Source of the DNA: Acidobacteriota bacterium
GTDB lineage: Bacteria > Acidobacteriota > Thermoanaerobaculia > Gp7-AA8
Reading direction: 5' to 3'
Assembly: GCA_021781455.1 (NCBI GenBank)
Contig: JAJXWV010000047.1
Location: 158,120-222,119 of the forward strand
Length of the DNA stretch: 64,000 bases
Shown: positions 59,463 to 64,000 of the stretch, piece after piece
How positions within the stretch are numbered: position 1 is the stretch's first letter
Layout: each line of letters opens with the position of its first letter
Program-made: the position numbers and the translations under genes
Notes under the pieces: model-generated
Seen by the model: only the letters and a program-made list of their open reading frames with translations
The model's database searches: none
Told to the model about the DNA's origin: nothing

Positions 59463-59537
59463 GTACTGAGTACTGAGTACTGAGTACTGAGTACTGAGTA
59501 CTGAGTACTGAGTACTGAGTGCTGAGCACTCAGCACT
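59460..59537. repeat. Asymmetric two-armed heptamer array (TGAGTAC)x8-9 then CACTCAGCACT
   Basis: Begins at the DGC stop codon and ends at the csoR -35 box. Confidence 0.92.
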
Positions 59538-59565
59538 TGACCTATATACCCTACCGGGGTATGGT
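59537..59565 (+). promoter_or_regulatory. Sigma70-type promoter TTGACC-N17-TATGGT with embedded CsoR operator ATACCCTACCGGGGTAT
   Basis: -35 at 59537-59542, -10 at 59560-59565, palindrome at 59546-59562 of the TACC...GGTA G/C-tract CsoR type, directly upstream of csoR-copA. Confidence 0.85.
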
Positions 59566-59572
59566 CCCCATC

Positions 59573-59884
59573 ATGAAGCAACCCCCGAAACCAGAGCACG
59601 CCCACGGCAGCGACGAGACCCTCAAACAGCAGTCCGTCGTCCGGCTCAAGCGCATCGAAGGACAGATTCGCGGCCTCCAGAAGATGGTCGACGACGAGCG
59701 CTACTGCGCCGACATCCTCGTGCAGATCGCCGCCGTCCAGGAGTCGCTCCGCGCCGTGGCCCGCCTGCTGCTGCGCAACCACCTGCAGTTCTGCGCCACC
59801 GCAGCCATCCGCTCCGATGACTCCAGGCGGCGGGACGAAATGTACGACGAGCTCACCGACCTGTTCGCAAAGCTCGTGCGATGA
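59573..59884 (+). CDS. csoR: Copper-sensing transcriptional repressor
   Basis: [16 protein letters not shown]...RYC.DIL.Q...H...C (Cys-His-Cys Cu(I) ligands). Confidence 0.93.
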   Translation: MKQPPKPEHAHGSDETLKQQSVVRLKRIEGQIRGLQKMVDDERYCADILVQIAAVQESLRAVARLLLRNHLQFCATAAIRSDDSRRRDEMYDELTDLFAKLVR

Positions 59885-59894
59885 GGCCCACACC

Positions 59895-62723
59895 ATGAAT
59901 GATCACCCCGCTACCGAAGAGAGCAGCATCGACCCCGTCTGCGGCATGACCGTCGATCTCGCCAGAGCGAAGTACCGTTCCGACTACGACGGCAGGACGT
60001 TCTATTTCTGCAATCCGATGTGCAAGATCGAGTTCGACGCCAATCCGCAGCGAGTGCTCGCCCGCGGTCCGCGGCCGATGAAGATGGGCGGCCATCGCAT
60101 GATGGACAAGGGATCGCAGACCGCAGACCGCGGACCGCAGATGGCAACGGATCCAGTGTGCGGCATGAGCGTCGATCCGGCCACCGCCAGATGGAAATCG
60201 GAGTACCAGGGGCGGACGATCTTCTTCTGCAATCCGTCGTGCAAGGCGAAGTTCGACGCGAATCCGCAGCAGTACGGGGCGCGAACAGAAGACGCTGGCG
60301 CGGGATCCTTCGCCGCGCTTCACCCCTCCGCGGTTCCGCCGGCTCAGGATGACACCGTCCCCAGGCAGCTCGCGAAGGATCCCGTCTGCGGGATGACTGT
60401 CGATCCGGCCACCGCCAGATGGAAATCGGAGCACCAGGGGCGGACGATCTTCTTCTGCAATCCGTCGTGCAAGGCGAAGTTCGACGCCAATCCGCAGCAG
60501 TACGGGGCGCGAAAAGAAGACGCTGGCGGGGGATCCTTCGCCGCGCTTCACCCCTCCGGGGTTTCGCCGGCTCAGGATGACACGGCGGCTCAGTACTCAG
60601 CACTCAGTACTCAGCACTCCGTCGAGTACACGTGCCCCATGGACCCGGAGATCGTGCGCGACGCTCCCGGCCCCTGCCCGATCTGCGGCATGGCACTCGA
60701 GCCGCGCACCGTCACGCTCGCCGATCAGCCCAATCCCGAGCTCGCGGACATGCGCCGCCGCTTCGTCGTCAGCGTGATCCTGACGATCCCGTTTCTCGTC
60801 GCCATGGTGGACATGGCGATCGCCGCTCGAGGCGGCCATCCGCGGCTGACGCTCCTGCAGAACCCGTGGGTGCAGCTGATCCTGGCCACACCGGTCGTTC
60901 TCTGGGCCGGCTGGCCGTTCTTCGAGCGGGCCTGGCGCTCGCTGGTCACGCGGCACCTCAACATGTTCACGCTCATCGGCCTCGGCACCGGCGCCGCGTA
61001 TGCGTACAGCGCGGTGGCCACGCTGGCGCCGTCGATCTTCCCGCCGTCGTTCCGAACTGAGCACGGCATGCTTCCGCTCTACTTCGAGCCCGCTGCCGTC
61101 ATCACCGCGCTCGTGCTTCTCGGACAGGTGCTGGAGCTGCGCGCACGAGAGAAGACCTCGGGCGCGATCAAATCGCTGCTGCGCCTCGCGCCGAGCACTG
61201 CCCGGGTCGTGCTGACCGACGGCAGCGAGCACGACATGCCCATGGCGCAAATCACTGCGGGCATGCGCCTCAGGGTTCGCCCCGGTGAGCGCGTCCCGGT
61301 GGACGGCTCGATCGACGCAGGCAGCATGTCTGTCGATGAGTCGATGATCACGGGCGAGCCGATGCCCGTCGAAAAAGGAGCCGGCGACAAGGTCACGGGC
61401 GGAACGGTCTGCACGACCGGGAGCGCGATCATGCGCGCCGAGCGGGTCGGAGCGGACACGCTGCTCTCGCACATCGTGCGCATGGTGGCCGAGGCGCAGC
61501 GCAGCCGCGCGCCGATCCAGAGACTGGCCGACGCGGTGGCGGGCTACTTCGTTCCGCTCGTGGTGCTCGTCTCGATCATCACGTTCATCGCCTGGGCAGT
61601 TTTCGGACCGGAGCCGCGATTCGCGCATGCGCTGATCAACGCCGTGGCGGTGCTGATCATCGCCTGCCCCTGCGCGCTCGGCCTGGCCACACCGATGTCC
61701 GTCATGGTCGCGACGGGCCGTGGGGCGACCGCGGGAGTGCTCGTCAAGAACGCCGAATCGCTGGAGACGCTGGCGAAAGTCGACACGCTCGTCATCGACA
61801 AGACCGGGACGCTGACGGAAGGCAAGCCGCGCCTCGTGGCCGTCGAGACGGCGAACGGGTTCGACGAGCGCGAAGTGCTCACGCTCGTAGCCTCGCTCGA
61901 GCGCGCCAGCGAGCATCCGCTCGCCGCGGCGATCGTCGCCGGCGCCCTGCAGCAGAGCATCGCTCTGGCAAACGTTTCCGACGTGAAGACCATCGCCGGC
62001 CAGGGCGTCAGCGGGATCGTGAACGGCCGTCGTGTGGCCGTCGGCAACCCGGTGCTCGTCGGCGACCCCGGTGCATTGGCCGCCCGCGCTTCCGCGCAGC
62101 AGCAGGAAGGGAGCACGGTCGTCTTCGTACGCATCGATGCGCAGCTTGCCGCTCTCATCGCCGTTGCGGACCCCGTCAAAGAGTCGAGCGCGGAGGCCAT
62201 TCGCTCGCTGCACGAGCGGGGAATCCGAGTGACGATGCTGACCGGCGACTCGCGGCGCACGGCGGAGGCCGTGGCCCGGAAGCTCGGCATCGACCAGATC
62301 GAGGCCGAGGTGCAGCCGGCGGACAAGGAAGCGGCCGTGAGGAAGCTTCAGGGCGAAGGGCACCGCGTGGCCATGGCCGGCGACGGGGTCAATGACGCGC
62401 CGGCGCTCTCGCGCGCCGACGTCGGCATCGCCATGGGAACCGGGACCGACATCGCCATCGAAAGCGCAGGAGTGACGCTGGTCAAAGGCGATCTGCGCGG
62501 CATCGCCCGAGCGCGCGCGCTCAGCGAAGCGATGATGCGGAACATCCGCCAGAATCTCTTCTTCGCCTTCATCTACAACCTCCTCGGCGTGCCGATCGCG
62601 GCCGGGGTGCTTTACCCCTTCTTCGGGATTCTGCTCAGCCCGATCATCGCCAGCGCGGCGATGACGTTCAGCAGCGTGACCGTGATCTCGAACGCGCTGC
62701 GGCTGCGAAGGGTGAGGCTGTAG
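59895..62723 (+). CDS. copA: Cu(I)-translocating P1B-type ATPase with three YHS domains and a YTCPM..CPICGM heavy-metal-binding domain
   Basis: DPVCGM x3; TGE, CPC, DKTGT, HP, GDGVND, YN and M..SS motifs. Confidence 0.95.
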   Translation: MNDHPATEESSIDPVCGMTVDLARAKYRSDYDGRTFYFCNPMCKIEFDANPQRVLARGPRPMKMGGHRMMDKGSQTADRGPQMATDPVCGMSVDPATARWKSEYQGRTIFFCNPSCKAKFDANPQQYGARTEDAGAGSFAALHPSAVPPAQDDTVPRQLAKDPVCGMTVDPATARWKSEHQGRTIFFCNPSCKAKFDANPQQYGARKEDAGGGSFAALHPSGVSPAQDDTAAQYSALSTQHSVEYTCPMDPEIVRDAPGPCPICGMALEPRTVTLADQPNPELADMRRRFVVSVILTIPFLVAMVDMAIAARGGHPRLTLLQNPWVQLILATPVVLWAGWPFFERAWRSLVTRHLNMFTLIGLGTGAAYAYSAVATLAPSIFPPSFRTEHGMLPLYFEPAAVITALVLLGQVLELRAREKTSGAIKSLLRLAPSTARVVLTDGSEHDMPMAQITAGMRLRVRPGERVPVDGSIDAGSMSVDESMITGEPMPVEKGAGDKVTGGTVCTTGSAIMRAERVGADTLLSHIVRMVAEAQRSRAPIQRLADAVAGYFVPLVVLVSIITFIAWAVFGPEPRFAHALINAVAVLIIACPCALGLATPMSVMVATGRGATAGVLVKNAESLETLAKVDTLVIDKTGTLTEGKPRLVAVETANGFDEREVLTLVASLERASEHPLAAAIVAGALQQSIALANVSDVKTIAGQGVSGIVNGRRVAVGNPVLVGDPGALAARASAQQQEGSTVVFVRIDAQLAALIAVADPVKESSAEAIRSLHERGIRVTMLTGDSRRTAEAVARKLGIDQIEAEVQPADKEAAVRKLQGEGHRVAMAGDGVNDAPALSRADVGIAMGTGTDIAIESAGVTLVKGDLRGIARARALSEAMMRNIRQNLFFAFIYNLLGVPIAAGVLYPFFGILLSPIIASAAMTFSSVTVISNALRLRRVRL
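60149..60583 (+). repeat. 228-bp tandem duplication (YHS domain plus half family A element) inside copA
   Basis: Units start at 60149 and 60377 and are near-identical; each ends in GGATCCTTCGCCGCGC...CGCCGGCTCAGGATGACAC. Confidence 0.9.
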
Positions 62724-62727
62724 CGTC

Positions 62728-63058
62728 CGTCATCCCGAGCGTCAGCGAGGGATCTGGGGGGGTGGGGCAGCACGCTTTGCTCATTCAGCACGCCGCCCGC
62801 ACACCCAGATCCCTCGCTCACGCTTCCAAGAAACTTCCAGTGTTTATGCGGGCTCTGGCGTTCGTTGCCCTTCTCCCCGCCGCAGCGGGGAGAAGGTGCC
62901 GAAGGCAGATGAGGGGTCTCCTTTTGAACCAGAACGAGACCCCTCACCCCGGCCCTCTCCCCGCTGCGGCGGGGAGAGGGGGAACGATCGAACGTTTCTT
63001 CTCTCCGGTGTCGCGTCTCCGGTGTCGCGCCTGCGCGATTCGAGTGCTCGGGATGACA
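62728..63058 (+). repeat. Family A2 element fused to composite family C element, copy 2
   Basis: 62728-62824 matches the reverse complement of 46296-46386; 62822-63058 matches 24236-24455. Confidence 0.88.
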
Positions 63059-63090
63059 AGGAGGAGGACAAGGGCTGACAAGGTCAGGCC

Positions 63091-63714
63091 CTAACCGTCG
63101 TGTTCCGGGCCGGGCGGACTCTGCGCCGCATCCCACATCCGGATGTAGTCCTCGCGTACCGAAGGATCGAGGCCGTCGCCCAGATCACGCGGGAGTTGCA
63201 GGGCAATGATCAGATCCTGAACGTCGGCGAGGTCGCGGAGACGGCGATGCTCGGCACTCAGTCCCGACGCGAGTTTCAGTTCGATGAGTTTGGGCAGGGC
63301 GATGACACGGATACCTTCGCGTTCGATCGCGACGTCTTTGGGATCAGGGAAACTGACCGGTTTCGGCTTGCCATCACCAGGGAATTCGCCGGCCGTGATG
63401 AACTCGATGTCGATGCCGGTCTCTGTGTCCCGCAACTTCTTACGCGACCCCTCGAATGCCGGACGATAGCCACGACCGACGAGCCGCTCGTGAATTCGCG
63501 CCAGTCCTTCGCTGGTCGTCAGCAGATCAACATCGTTCGTAAAGCGGACGTAGCCGTGTGCCACCAGCGCCATACCGCCAATCAGAGCGTAATCGATCCC
63601 CTCCTCGGTTAGACGCCTGGCTACGCGGGCGATCGTCTGTTCGACAGCTTCGCGGCGTCGCGCAGCCTCCTTCAAGGTCCAGTCGAACGGAGCATCGCGA
63701 ACGATCCAGGGCAC
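63091..63714 (-). CDS. Predicted nucleotidyltransferase (Pol-beta fold, AbiEii/DUF6036-like)
   Basis: YALIGG.A...HG..R.T.DVD.L, LIELKLASG and D.ADV motifs; visibly lower GC than its neighbours. Confidence 0.75.
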   Translation of the reverse strand: MPWIVRDAPFDWTLKEAARRREAVEQTIARVARRLTEEGIDYALIGGMALVAHGYVRFTNDVDLLTTSEGLARIHERLVGRGYRPAFEGSRKKLRDTETGIDIEFITAGEFPGDGKPKPVSFPDPKDVAIEREGIRVIALPKLIELKLASGLSAEHRRLRDLADVQDLIIALQLPRDLGDGLDPSVREDYIRMWDAAQSPPGPEHDG

Positions 63715-63761
63715 GGCTTCATTTTACGCGCGGAACACGCATCGCTTCCGGTCCCGGTTTC

Positions 63762-64000
63762 TCAGAACCTCGTCGCGTACGAGAGCTCGAGGGCGCGAGC
63801 CGGCAGGCGGTAGTACTGCGCGTCGCCCAACTCGCTTTCGGCGATGGGCGGGCGGCTGTTGGTCAGGTTCCAGCCGTCGATCCGCAACGATCCGCGGCGC
63901 ACGCCGTAACCGATCCCGGCCGACAGCGTGACGTAGCCGCCGGCCAGCGCGGTGTTGCGCTTGTTGAGATAGCGCGATCCCGTGTAGGCGAGCTCGGCAT
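63762..64000 (-). CDS. TonB-dependent receptor, C-terminal fragment (5' part outside the window)
   Basis: Manual translation ...YTGSRYLNKRNTA...G.NLTN...YYRLPAR...SYATRF* with terminal Phe. Confidence 0.8.
   Translation of the reverse strand, partial: AELAYTGSRYLNKRNTALAGGYVTLSAGIGYGVRRGSLRIDGWNLTNSRPPIAESELGDAQYYRLPARALELSYATRF

Overview
High-GC bacterial chromosomal segment. Gene content and repeat style suggest Acidobacteriota, possibly Thermoanaerobaculia; this is an inference. It carries about 56 mostly housekeeping or accessory CDS: acnA (partial), a PLP decarboxylase, an M13 peptidase, dinB, pepA, moaC/mobA, iscS, pcnB, lepB, a P5C dehydrogenase, Ku, a ClC channel, a moxR-DUF58-Bat operon, rsmA, a diguanylate cyclase, csoR-copA and a partial TonB-dependent receptor. 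I saw no rRNA, tRNA, CRISPR array, transposase or integrase. The unusual content is a very dense layer of small repeats. (1) About 18 intergenic heptamer tandem arrays of at least 8 unit sequences, usually built as two inverted arms with a fixed polarity (GA-containing strand first). They occupy most junctions of the Bat operon, supply stop codons to several genes, and cap a 5'-truncated tricorn-like protease. (2) At least six families of REP/MITE-like palindromes, some nested in each other. (3) Several of these elements inserted in frame inside apparently intact proteins (a glycosyltransferase, a lipoprotein and CopA). Many genes also show a TAnnnT box 6-9 nt before the start codon with no Shine-Dalgarno, which suggests leaderless transcripts. 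Repeat boundaries were read by eye and may be off by a few bases.
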